From Octopus vulgaris (lineage: Eukaryota), in contig OX597823.1 in NCBI GenBank assembly GCA_951406725.2, forward strand, positions 16,182,001-16,246,000: a stretch of DNA of 64,000 bases, written 5' to 3'. Below, one piece after another: positions 37,735 through 50,547 of the stretch; position 1 is the first letter of the stretch, and each line of letters begins with the position of its first letter. A program made the position numbers and the translations under genes. The notes beneath the pieces were generated by a model that saw nothing but the letters and a program-made list of their open reading frames with translations, had not been told where the DNA came from and made no database searches.

Positions 37735-38550
37735 TATTCACATAGTTTGCCACAAGGACAGTAGCTGAAGGCTGGACAAGGACATTAATGCGATGAGGAT
37801 GATAATGATAAAAATGAATAAAGATGGTAGGAGCACCAGCACCCGCCGACTGATAACCCTTCGAATTCAAAATTCAAGAAAAAATTTAATATACAATAAT
37901 TAGATACAAGTATAAAAATTTCAAAAGCAGAAATTCATTTTCCCTTCATCTTCTTCGTCTGGGCCCCCAAGTAAGTTTCCTGCTGCCTGCAGGAAAGCCT
38001 GCATTCGCAGGCCCGAATGGAGGGACACAAAATCCTCATTATTGCAGGTCCTCTTGACCTCAATTAATTCTTCTTGAGTAACGGCCTCCACACCCACCTG
38101 CAGAGGCCAACATGGACTGTTTATACAGACCAAGTCATATCATTCTCGGTCTAGAAGACTGTCCAAGTACATCTTAACAGGCCCTCCCCTGAGGTAGAAA
38201 ATGAAAAGTTCTACCTCTTTCTCACAAGTAGGGGCCTCAACCTTCTCTGTCAGTGGCACAATCCCCACTGACAGAACCTCTCGGTCCAGTGGCACTCTTC
38301 CCACCGGAGGAGCCTTGGGTTCACTCAGCGGCACATCGACATCCGCCAACTGTGTCCCGTTTCTCTTCCTTCTCCTTTTTCTTTCTGCAGTTGCGGAAGT
38401 CGGGGCCTCCGTCAGCACACCAAGGAGGTCCTCCTCCTCTCCCACAACCTGCACTGGTGAGCAACCACCGTTGCTCACCTTTCTCTTCCTTTTTGTTACC
38501 TTTTTCTCCAAGACGGAGCTATACAGCTACACGTCTTTCCTTGTTCACTA
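37735..38550 (-). mobile_element. Probable LINE (Tx1/L1) ORF1 remnant
   Basis: GC-richer, two consecutive in-frame ORFs (38140-38511, 37921-38133) separated by one stop, K/R-rich; no diagnostic motif recognised. Confidence 0.35.
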
Positions 38551-38605
38551 ACAAACACGCATGCACTCCTGTGCCTATTTATCTTTATTTAAGCATTTTA
38601 TTCTG

Positions 38606-38650
<45 letters not shown>

Positions 38651-39014
38651 TCATCATTGAGAGTCCACTTTCCATGCTAGCATGGGTTGGACGGTTCAAC
38701 TGGGGTCTGAGAGGCCAGAAGGCTGCACCAGGCCCAGTCTGATCTGGCAATGTTTCTACGGCTGGATGCCCTTCCTAATGCCAACCACTCCATGAGTGTA
38801 GTGGGTGCTTTTTAAATATCGTTGAAATTGTTAAACTATAGTACATTAATGTTTTTATTATTTTTTTTGCGTATTACTTATGGCTATGTGTTCTTAGGGT
38901 AAACTAGTTTAAGGTCCATGTATATGTACTCTGTCAGTGTTGGTATTGGAAAAAGTCATATCTGATTAACAAGTCAACAGCCATCAAGCCATCATATATA
39001 TATATATATATATA

Positions 39015-39527
39015 CTAGCAGTATCGCCCGGCGTTGCTCGGGTTTGTAAAGGAAATAACTATATAAGCATTTTTAGAGAGTTACTTCCCTTATAGATGCC
39101 AATTCGGGCTTTCTTAGCCATTTCTGTTTTGGTGTCTTCAAGCCATGAAGTCGTTGTTCTAAAAGAACGCTGGTCTCCTTGACAACGCATTACGACGTTG
39201 ATTTCCTTACACTCCCTTCCCCACAGCTTCACGAGGGAGGGAAGAAGGGGGAAAAGCAAACAGGTGCAGGTGTGACCATGGACGCCAACTCCGCCGCCAT
39301 TGACACACGAAAAATTATGCATTAAAATGGAATAAAAAATGATGTTAAATTATTTTTAAAATCGTAGACTCATCGTAGATGCGCGCTAATAGCCAGACGG
39401 GCTCGATATGAATCACGACTATAAGATACCCGAATTTGGTTAAACTGCACCGCAAAATGTGGGAATAGTTAGGAATCTAAATCGAAGGGGACAGACACTC
39501 ACACAACTACAGTTTTATATATATAGA
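39015..39527 (-). mobile_element. Non-autonomous Helitron, longer variant
   Basis: Same TC / hairpin / CTAG termini, plus an extra ~220-nt GC-richer internal segment (about 39095-39315). Confidence 0.8.
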
Positions 39528-41501
39528 TATATATAGATATATATATAGACAGACAGATAAAAAGATATGTATGCGTGTACACACACATGTATATGATGGG
39601 TTTCTACATAGTTTCTGTCTACCAAATTCGCTTACAACGCATTGGTCAATCCAGACCTATAGTAGAAGACACTCGCCCAAAGGGCCATGCAGTGGGGCCG
39701 AACCTAAAACTACATGATTGCAAACCTAGCTTCTTAACCACACTGCTACGGTTGCACCTACTTAATGAAAAACAATTTTTTGTTCATTTTCATTCTGGAC
39801 TATTGACAAAAGATATTTGGGATTATTTGACCATCATTCCAGTTTTCTGGGACAGAAGAATATTTGCCTTAATATATTTCTTTGATTGTGTGTTTCTACT
39901 AGATTGCTAGTTGTAACTTTGTTCCCATTTTAGAATGACCACATCAATGGTAGTAGGAAGAGGTACAAACTACAATGGTGGCAGCAATAATGTAAACCAT
40001 TTAAATGCTTCTCTAAGATTTTTCAAATGCATAAATAGATTTTAAAACATAGACAATATGGTATTTGAACAGAGAGACAGCCTGGGAAGCCCATACAATA
40101 ACAGTCCCACTCTTAAAAGCACAAAAATAGAGTAGTACAGAAAATGTTCACTTAAATGAGAAAAAATACAAAGAACATTAACAATAGCACCTACAACAAA
40201 AACGAAAAATCTCATTTTTTCAAACAATGTGCAAGTAATATGGAGCTCCTCAATATGAGATAGCAATAGGAAAAGAACCAAAATTTGGATGTAGTGTGTC
40301 AAGAAAGATATGTCTTTGCACAAAGAGTTTATCCAGGAAAGGGAGCAAGGAGGAAAGTAGCGTGCGCTCCCGAAAAAAGAGTTGGTGGTGAAACTTGTGT
40401 TATCTTAACCAGAGCAGGGCATAGGGATGTGAGCTAGGTTTTTAACATTGAAGATGAGGTAAGCAGAAACACATGGTGCTTCACATGTGATGCCATGCAT
40501 GTCTTCTTACCCAGTGCCACAGCATATGAATAAAAGAATATAAGATCCACATCCAGATCTAATAACATTCTTGTAAACCCTTAACTTGTCATCAACATTT
40601 GTGACACAACAGAAGCAGATCATGAGCATGGAAGTAACTGAGGAAACCTGAGCATGGAAGTAACCAACAGGACCACACCATTATATAGACAGGTGGGTTC
40701 TGCATAAACCTTCAGGTCTTGGTAACCTCTGAAAGCCACAGTGGTATCCTATAGTTATATCTCAGTGAAGCAGTAGAAGAGAGATCAATTACACTGGTGG
40801 TACAGAGAAAGCCCTAAATTTTCTTATGAGGAACTTTATCTTTGTAGTAAAGATCACTTGAAGGATATATGCTCAGAGGAAGAAATGGAAAATTAAAATT
40901 TATCTTTAAAATGTGTGCAACAGACATCAACAGAGGCAGCAACAACAGCAGGCTCTTGATATGAGAGAAATAACCACTGCTTTTCTTGCAATACTACCAA
41001 ATGCAGCTCTAAGGATAAGCAAAAATTATCTCATATCCCGTGTTGTTGGCATCAGAGGCAGACAAAGCAGGGTAAAGAAATCCAAAGTCTTCTCTAGAAC
41101 ATGGTTAGCCAGGGGCTCCAACCAGCTACTCCACCTTATCAGCTTGAGGAAATGTAGAAGAGGAAACCTGAAAGAAGGATAGGATCTTATTAGGGATAGT
41201 AAGAAGATAGAAATAAAAGAACAAGAAAAAAATCAGAATTAGCCCAGAGTGTAAGTATGTAGGTTAAGGAAAGTTTCTATAGAAAAGCATCTGTCTGCTT
41301 GCAGTGTCTGAGCTTCACAGTTGTCCAAACTAGTAACAAGAACTTGAGAGAGTTGCTGAATAACCTGAAATAAACACTAAATGACTAAAGAGATGGAAAA
41401 TGAGTACATCCACTCCAAACTGAAAGACAGTTGGTGAAAACTACACAAATAGTCTTTTGACATTTAAAGTTGAGCTACTCAAAGGATGAAAGAATCCTCA
41501 T

Positions 41502-41859
41502 CATCATCATCATTGTTCGACCGTGGTCGAGACAATGGAATTTACTATGCTACGCCAGACTTCACGGTCCATGATGGCATTACGGAGGTCCTGTTGCTGG
41601 ATGCCTGTATCCCTGGAGATTACATCAGGGTAGGAGAGTGTGCGCCCTCTGGTATTGCGAGTAGATGGCTTCCAGAGGAGAAGAGTAGAAATTACCTCTT
41701 TTTCAGCTCTACAACAATGTCCAGCAAACTGGACTCTCTTACCTTTCACAAGAGATGACACAGGTGGTAGTTTTCCATATATTTGCATTTTGGTTGGATG
41801 GCGCTTTCATGAGAGATTTTGACCTCTCATAAGGAGGCGAGTGTAGGTTCCAGCCAACC
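41502..41859 (-). mobile_element. 5'-truncated RTE-clade LINE with TSD
   Basis: IYGKLPPVSSLVKGKRVQFAGHCCRA...RGRTLSYPD...MDREVWR; (GAT)n tail; TSD gaatcctcat at 41492-41501 and 41860-41869. Confidence 0.88.
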
Positions 41860-41869
41860 GAATCCTCAT

Positions 41870-43106
41870 AGTTTGATCAAAAATAAAGTTCCTCATAGGA
41901 AAATTTAGAGAGCCTAGTTCTCAGAAGCTTATCAGAGAAAACGTGGTAAGTATTGTGGGGTACCTTGATCTTATCCAGGTGACAGCTTCTCACTTCTTTG
42001 TGAGTGGAAGCGCTCTTTTTTAGTAGCCTCTTAAAATATATTGTGATGAATTTTTTCCCACCCATGTTTATCATATATGTACATCTCCACAGGTTTTGTA
42101 ACAGTAAAAACCATTTAAGGGCTTTCTACTCAGAGGACTTAAAAGGATTAAAAAAAAAACAATAACAACAATCATTCACAGAGGTTGCTGGTCTTGAGGT
42201 GAGACTGCAGCACATGGCAACCCTGGCCACAACTCTAAAGCTGTCAAAAACAATCATATAATCTTCATTGCCAGGAGCTAAACAAGAGACTTGTGGAACA
42301 ATGTGTTACCTATACAGTGACAACAGTGGAACAGTGGAAACTAAACACCCAGGTTGGGAGAGGAGGTAGAGGCTGGAAGATAAATAATAATAAAATAAAT
42401 AAGGACCAAAAAATTTTAAAAGGACAATAAAAAAGCATGAAGGAGATACATCTGTGATGAGATACTCTCCACCGAAGAAGAATCCATTTTCCAATGAGAA
42501 CCTTCCTCCTTTCCAAATGAAATGAAGTTTACAGCCTTTCACAAGATTAACAAGTGTTTGATAAAACATTTACATCAAATAAGCCAGCACTTTCCAGACC
42601 AAGTTTTGATTGGAAAGAAGATGGGATCACAGTAAAAAAGGGACAGGGTATTAGTACAAATTTTTGGATTTGAAGCATTATATGTCAACATTCCACAGAA
42701 TATGAGCCTTCACTTGATCACTGTAATCCAAGAGCTCTTTCCAGAAGATTTTGAAATCTTCAACTATGAACAATACAGAGAGGAAGCTGTGAAGTTGCTT
42801 AGTCAGGGACATAGACACATTGATTAACACAGATGGTGGCTTCTCACATTTGTATGAGTGGCTGAACATTTTAAAAACTGAATTTTCTTTTAATTAATGT
42901 TCTACTATACTTCTCATTATTCCTTGCAATTATTTGTATGTTTTTTTCAGAGACTTTTTAAAGTCCCCATGTATATTATTTAACATCTTTCACCCTCACT
43001 TCATTTTTATATAACCTGTCTGTCCCACATGTATACATATATCCCCTGTTTAATATACATTGTATTTTATTCTCTATTTCAAACTATTGTCGCTAATAAA
43101 GAAACA
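41870..43106 (+). mobile_element. Degraded L1/Tx1-like insertion with 5' inversion
   Basis: Inverted segment ending KFSYEELY, forward segment starting CNSKNHL (zinc-knuckle relic), ends ctaataaagaaaca like the 30319-30908 element. Confidence 0.4.
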
Positions 43107-43609
43107 ATAACAATGATATCTGCAAACTGATTTTTATACATCAAGAGGGATAAAAATATGTATCAGTAATAACATGGAAGTGATCAATCAGCTATCCCTG
43201 GCCCTAACAAATTTGACTTTGTGCCCAGGTAATAACTGAATATTCAGTCTAAATTCTTGCATCTTAATAGAATGAAAAGTATAAGTGGGAGTTTCATAAG
43301 AATGAATTTCTGAAGACAAAGGATTGGTTGGAAAAATGCTTGACGTGAGATTTTGAGAGAAATAAGCCATAACAGCTGGAAAATGGTAGACAGAGAAGAG
43401 ATGAATGCATTTAGTAGTTTTCAAAGATGGGAATATGCAGGGAATAAGAAACAGTTGTAATAGAGTTATAAAAACGTCAGACAGAAGACAAAACAATAGT
43501 GAAAGGTATGAGATGAAAGCTTTTCTCTTGCAGAGACTTTTTCATGAATGTATTGAATAATAATGACTTTACTTAGGTTTCCTTAAGAATATATATATAT
43601 ATATATGCC

Positions 43610-43784
43610 ATGATAGATCGCTAGCCACTACACATTCTTTATTTTCTCTCCTTGTTTCTTTCTGTGGAAGAGCATAGACTCGAAACATTAAAGACTTTTT
43701 CACTTCCTGGGCATTATACTAATACATCTGTTTGTTGTCTACACCACCTGTCTTCGTCTTTTGTTTTTTTTGTGTGAATTCTCC

Positions 43785-43785
<1 letters not shown>
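43610..43785 (+). mobile_element. PLE-like family H2 with degenerate hammerhead
   Basis: cttt-CTGTGGA-A-GAGC-atag-ACTC-GAAAC-ATT-aaag at 43658-43693; between (TA)n tracts. Confidence 0.55.
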
Positions 43786-43820
<35 letters not shown>

Positions 43821-45744
43821 TAACAAAAGCTGTTACTCAGAGTTTCTACTGCTTTTAAATAAGGCATATTACTCTACTTCTGGTATTTAAGTACTTTTTT
43901 TCCACCTTGTTTCACATTTATGTGCTTACCCCAGTATATATATATATTAGGTAGAAGGAAGCAGTGGTAGAAAGACCAGTTCTCATGACTTTTGTATACC
44001 CTTCCAGATTGGTGAGATTAATGTTCAGTCAAGCATTTGTGAAAATCACAAACTGGTAGAGTTGATAATGCATTAAACAGAATGTCTTGCAGTATTTACT
44101 CCACTTCTCTGCATTCTGAATTCAGATGTTGCCGAGGTTAACTTTTTCATCTTTTATATGGTCAATAAAATGTACCAAGCCAGGGTAGTGAATTGGCTGT
44201 ACCAGATGAGCTGCCTTTTTGTTTTTACAGCAATACCAGTAATGACACAGGAGCCAAGCTGCATTGGTTCTAAGGCAGCATAGAAAGGAGGAATTCTCAA
44301 GTATGAGCAACTGTCAGTCTTTCACACATGAAAAAAAAAAAACTCTGCCCAGGCTTACCTTTGCATATGTACAAAACACATGGTCAACATTTGATACTCC
44401 ATTCTCCACACCAATTTCACCATACTTGTTTTTGTTGCTTTTCCAAATAATACAAGTCTTGCTGATGCAGATCACCATCCTCCTTGGATTCTATTTTATG
44501 CATGTTGTTATTTTAAATTAATTTCAAGAATAACAGAACATTTATTCATTGAGGTGCTTTAAACTAAAATTTAAGTTAATCTATATACTACTAAAACTCT
44601 GTGATTGCTTGTTTGCTTGCATGCATGCTTGTCTTTAATTTAACACAGCCAAATCAATGCATAATGGGAAAATACTCTGAAAGTAATGTACCCCTGAAAT
44701 GTGAATGCAAATGGAATAAATCAAGTTTTGCATAAATCGGACCACGGATTCCTGAGATATGCAGTTTTTGGGGGTACCTTCATAAATAGCCAAAATGTTG
44801 CTTAATAGGAAAATACTCCAAAAGTAACATAACCCTTAAATGGGAATATATAATACTGTGAAAATTGTTTCCATTAATTTTATCATTACATTATATAACA
44901 GTTCCTTTTGCATTTTCGTAGAAGTGTGCACACATGCCATAAATAAAAGTTGTTAGGGGAGTCCAAGTTTATCCTGGAAGTTCTATTTCTATTAGATGCT
45001 GTAAATAATCAATAAAACCTTAAACATGAACTTGTAAATCAGACCTATGATGACACGACCGAACTGAAATATTTAACTGAATCATCATAAAATTAATTTT
45101 CATTTCAATGCAATGTTGAAATCAGCTTCAATGTTTTATAAACTGAACCATCAGTGACCTAACAGGTCATGAGTAGTCTAGTATTTTTATAAAGCCAGCA
45201 AGCTCATGTCATCAAAAGTCATGGCATTTAAAAAGAAACTGAAATTCAATATATGCATTGACATAGCATATATTGCATATATTTAATATAGACACATTAC
45301 ACTATATTTATTACTAAGCTAGATTCTGATCTAAGTTATTACTAGTCTAGATTCTGATCAGAGTTCACTTTCCTAAATTAGTATATTTTGTCAATAATCA
45401 AAGTAGCATGCACTTCATACACATATATTATTAATGTCCTATATATACTGTTGTTATTGTAAAACATACATACATCACAATATAAAAATTGTATTCAATA
45501 TATGTTCACAGCATATTTTTCTATGATAAATATAACTGAACTTCCATATAAAATATATTGCAATTTTCATTTGCTAAAATATAGATATTTGTAATATAGT
45601 ATACATTTTAAACATTGCATTCACACATTGTACAGTGCATTATATATTATTGAATATAATTTAGATATTCTTTCATTCACTCTTTTTTGTGAACATATAT
45701 ATCCTTGTTAATTTCTACTACACACACACATATATATATATATA

Positions 45745-46206
45745 TTTGTTTTGAAAGATTCTTGATGTGAAATCGTGTGTTGAAACAGATGTTGTTGTAT
45801 TTAGGAATGGTCATTTTGCCAGTTTAGCCAATAAAAACACACACGCACTATATATTTGGTGTTAATTTGCTTCAGCATTATTTATTTTTTACATTAATCT
45901 TAATCTTATTTCGGCCAGAGTTCTTTCATCACACTTCTGTGACCTAATCAGTGATCCTTTGAGCCACTAACTTTTAACGATTAAATAAATGGCTGACCGT
46001 TAGTAAGGAGAAACACACAAATAAGAAAGAAGAAAGCAAAGGACCACTGATGAGGTCACAGAAGTGCGACGAAAGAACTCTGGCTGAAATAAGATTAAGA
46101 TTAATGTAAAAAATAAATAACGCTGAAGCAAATTAACACCAAATATATAGTGCGTGTGTTTTTATTGGCTAAACTGGCAAAATGACCATTCCTAAATACA
46201 ACAATA
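45745..46206. mobile_element. PLE-like family H3: fold-back with ~170-bp inverted arms, each carrying a hammerhead motif
   Basis: Arms 45792-45961 and 46037-46204, 75-nt spacer; flanked by (TA)n. Confidence 0.8.
46044..46083 (+). ncRNA. Minimal type I hammerhead ribozyme motif
   Basis: cca-CTGATGA-G-GTCACA-gaag-TGCGAC-GAAA-GAAC-TC-tgg: intact CUGAUGA and GAAA cores, stem II 5 of 6 pairs, stem I cca/tgg, predicted CUC cleavage triplet. Confidence 0.7.
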
Positions 46207-46218
46207 CATATATATATA

Positions 46219-46403
46219 TCATCATCATCATCATTTAGCGTCCGCTTTCCATGCTAGCATGGGTTGGACGGTTCAACTGGGGTCTGTGAAGCCAGAAGGC
46301 TGCATCAGGCCCAGTCTGATCTGGCAGTGTTTCTACGGCTGGATGCCCTTCCTGACGCCAACCACTCCGTGAGTGTAGTGGGTGCTTTTTACGTGCCACC
46401 CGC
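46219..46403 (-). mobile_element. SINE family C short form in (TA)n
   Basis: Nearly identical to 37393-37583 including the same endpoint. Confidence 0.85.
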
Positions 46404-49400
46404 ATATATATATATAGTCAACAGTTCATATATCTGAAAAAGAAACACACTCTACAGCATTAGAACAGTGATATAGTTTTTAGGAAGTTAAAAGTCATAT
46501 TTTTTTTCTCATTCTATGATTGGCCATAACTTTTAACTTCCTCCACGCGTGTAGCTGTGTGGTAAGAAGCTTGCTTCCCAACCACATGATTACAGGTTGT
46601 CCCACTGCATGGCACTTTGGGTGAGTGTCTTCTTGGGCCAACAAAAGCCTTGTAAGTGGATTTACATGCTTAATTAGGCTGATTCTTTATTACTATATTA
46701 TTTACAAAAGAATCTGTTTGCAATCAGATTTTCTTATTCTTCACTTATTTCTATGCCTAACTTCAGATTAGTTTTCATTGGGACTGTAGTTTTGTTTGAC
46801 AACAAATATTTTGAGAGAAAGCTGAGCATAAGAGGAATATGTAGTGTTCAAGAGAAAAGATTGCACTGGTATGGATATGTGAAACATATAGCTGAGTACA
46901 GCTGTAGAAAGAAGTGCTAATTGCTTAATATGGATATTGTTTATGGAAGAGAGAGCCTCGTGAAGACATGGGAAAAAGCAGTTAAGGCTGATCTCAGGGT
47001 CTTGAGTCTCATGGGGAACCTGACAAGGGACCAAGATGAGAATCAATACATAATGCTCAAGAATATCTGCCCATCATGGTGAAATTAAAGTTCTGGAAGC
47101 ATAATGTGTATATACGCAGCTGGACCCTGTTAAACTTTCTCCACTACCACTAAACTCCCTATCAATGATCCCTTCATCACTCCCCTAACAACTGAAGTAT
47201 TCTGCTACAGTAATTCAATGAGAGCAGAACTACATATTTCTTCATATTTATGTTTCCCACTACCTCAAAGCATTTACTTTTGACATTCATCCTTCATTCA
47301 TAACATTGTCGCTTCCCACTCACTTTTTCTGTTGTTCATCCTTTCTATGTTACCAGTTATTCCCTCTCTCTCTTTTGGAGAGTCACTCAGCAGCTACACG
47401 CACACATACACACATGGCAGTAACTTCCGCCTACCGAATTCAATCACAAAGCTCCAGGCTATAGTAGAAGACACCTGCCCAAAGTGCCACGCAATGGGAC
47501 TGAACCCAAAACCATGTAGTTAGGAAGCAAGCTCCCTAACCACACAGCCATACCCACGCCTATATATATCTTAAATTGCTTCTGGTTTGTGCCTCTGACC
47601 ACCTCCACCTCTATTACCATATATCTCTTACTCTCCCAATAGTCTTACAACCTACCCACATATCATCTCCCTTTCTCTTGTCCTTTCCCAATCTATTATA
47701 TTTTTATTCTGCAGCTCTTCAACCTTTCTTTACTGCCACTCATTACTCACTCTTCTCTACCTTTCCTCCAACTCATATTCTTCATTGACCACTAGTCCAC
47801 TTTTGTTCAGCGTTCACTAAATTCGTCCCCACAATCCTATCCCTAAATACTCAAGCAATTTCTACTGAACCATTCTGATTACTCCTATCACTCTTATATT
47901 ATGCAAGGTAGTTACATATTTCCTCTAAAACAAGAAACCTATACCTGTCTCTTCATATTTCAACCTCTCATTCCCTAACATAAAGTCACCTCCTTCTCTA
48001 CAATACTCCCACTCAATCGAGGGTATTTATAATCTTGCAGATTACATGGTGAACTTACTAGTGCTGGTTGCACAAAAAAAAAAAAAAACACTACACTCTA
48101 TAAAGTGATTTGCATTTGGAAGGGCATCCAGCAATAGGAGCCATGCCAAAGCAGACTGAAGCATGATGAAGTTCTCTGACCTATCAGATCTTGTCAAACC
48201 ATCCAACACATGCCGGGATGAAAGACTAACATTAAATGATATGATTATCATCATTTGACATCCATGTTCCATGCTGATATTGGTTGTATGCGTGTATGTA
48301 TGTCATTATTCAGTTTTATTTCAAGATTTCTTGTCTAAAGAGAAAGAGCCAGTTTTTAACCTAGATCCAAGGCTCTTTCATTGGAATTTCAACAACAGGA
48401 TATTTTTGTATGTATGTATATCTGCAGACTTATATATACTTAAATGATAAACTTCTGGGAGAGTTTTACAGATTTTTACAGTTCCAAGCTCATCTTAGCT
48501 CAAATTAAAGGAATTTACAAATTTCTTTTATGTCATTTTTGTATCAGATCATTTAAAACCCAAATACCTTTTTTGCAGAGTAATGGAGGTTTACTGTTAA
48601 TATTACTGTCAAGAAAGTGTGTTACTAAATGTTAAGATCTCAGCCTTCAGTAATTTTAGTGTAAAGAACAATTTCTGACAACACAATGTCCCAAATTTGT
48701 AGGAGAGTAGTACAGTTGATCAACCAGTCCTTTAGAAAGATGAATGGCTAAGTTGACCTTGGCAGAATTAGAACTCACATCTGGTATTCTACTGCTTCTA
48801 TTACTGCATAACCTTTGGAAAGAGTGTTAATAATGCTTTCTGACATTAGTGCAAGATTCCAAATTTGTATGCTTGGGATATAATTAATAGAACTGATACA
48901 GTATATTATATATATATATATTGTATAAACTCAAGTCAACAGCATTTAAACTTAGAACATTAACAAAAAAGTTAAACCGAAATAAATGTACTGATGTTTG
49001 CAGTTGTGGGAGGAGCTTCGTGATGCTTACATGCCAAAGGCAATATTGTTAAACACAAGCAATCAACTGTGAGGTAGTGACCAAGATGTTGTGTGCATAA
49101 CCTAATGCTACTACACCACTGGCGATCAAGTAATGAGCAATGTCTCAAAAGCATAATTAAAAATTAACAGCTCTCATTAATGCTGCTTGCTAAATTTATT
49201 CTTATTTTGATTTGGACTTAGCACGAGGCTGTTTGGTGGAAGGCAGAGGTGTAATCGAATAAAGCAACTCAAGGACGAAACACCAACTCAACCTTGACAG
49301 GTTTTTCGACCCAGAGCATATGTTGCGCGAAAGATTAAATAAAACACAAATTCATTCTCTTCTCTCTTCATTTTCATTTTGAATTCTTGTGACAAAACAC

Positions 49401-50426
49401 AAGGTTAATTTTTGTAGAAGAGCGAAGGGAAATGTGGTTGCTTACATCTATTATTTGAAGATGCAAAACAACTAGACACCACTATCAAGGGGAATTTCAA
49501 CAGAATAATAAGGGATAAAGCTAAATACCTTAATGTATTTAATTCAACGATCTGTTTTGACTATCAAGACGACACTCAGATATTAACGATTTAAATATAA
49601 TTCCAACATTAAAACGTTTCTTTGCCGTCATTAACTTAAAACAGCAAATATTTGATAGATTTGGTCTTAAAGAAGGAAAAAAAAATGCAACAAACACAGG
49701 CAAAAAGATAAAAAAATTCTTAAATTTTCATGCAGTCGGAAAGCATATTGCGCCAAAAAAATTGCACTGTGAAAAACTTGGCTACCATACAAAACTATAA
49801 CAAAAGAACTTGAGGACTATTCCGATTTTAGCAACAGATTTAATTGCAATTAATTTGTAAAGAAAGAAGTCTGTCTACAAAGTAAAATGAGAAAATTTTA
49901 GGGAAGCCGGTCAGTAGTTGGTGTTCGGGTAAAGCCGGTAATTTTCGTATTTCCTCATTTATATCTATTACGCCTAAGAAATTTTCACCTCCAAAATTTA
50001 TTTTGACGTTAGAAATGAATATATATATATAAACAAACGAAATACCGCTCTAATTATCATTATTTCTTTTTGAATATTCTGTTAGTGACATGAAAAATAC
50101 GAATATTTACAGGAAGTTGCTCTTTTAAAAAAAATATCTCAATTAGATGGGATTTTTTTTTTTTTCATCACATTTTTCCTATTTTACCATTTGTGTTTGG
50201 TTTCTTATAAAGGAAGGAAGATGTTTGCACTGACAGGGTCAGTAAATATCAGAAGTGTTAGACAAACCTATCAGGGGGAAAATGAGCGACACCACATCTG
50301 TTGTAATAGTCAAGAGACTGGGTACTTAAAAATAAATGCAGCGTCTTTCAATAAATTTACACATTTTATTAAAATGCAGGATAAATAAAGACCTAAGAAA
50401 CTCCTTCCAAAAAGTATTCAATGATA

Positions 50427-50487
<61 letters not shown>

Positions 50488-50539
50488 CATATATATATAT
50501 ATATAATGTATATGTATGTATAATTCTCATTGGTATCAA

Positions 50540-50547
50540 TGACGTCA
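50540..50547. promoter_or_regulatory. Palindromic CRE (TGACGTCA) next to a reverse CCAAT
   Basis: attggtatcaaTGACGTCA about 1.8 kb upstream of the ARIH1 ATG; motif match only. Confidence 0.3.
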
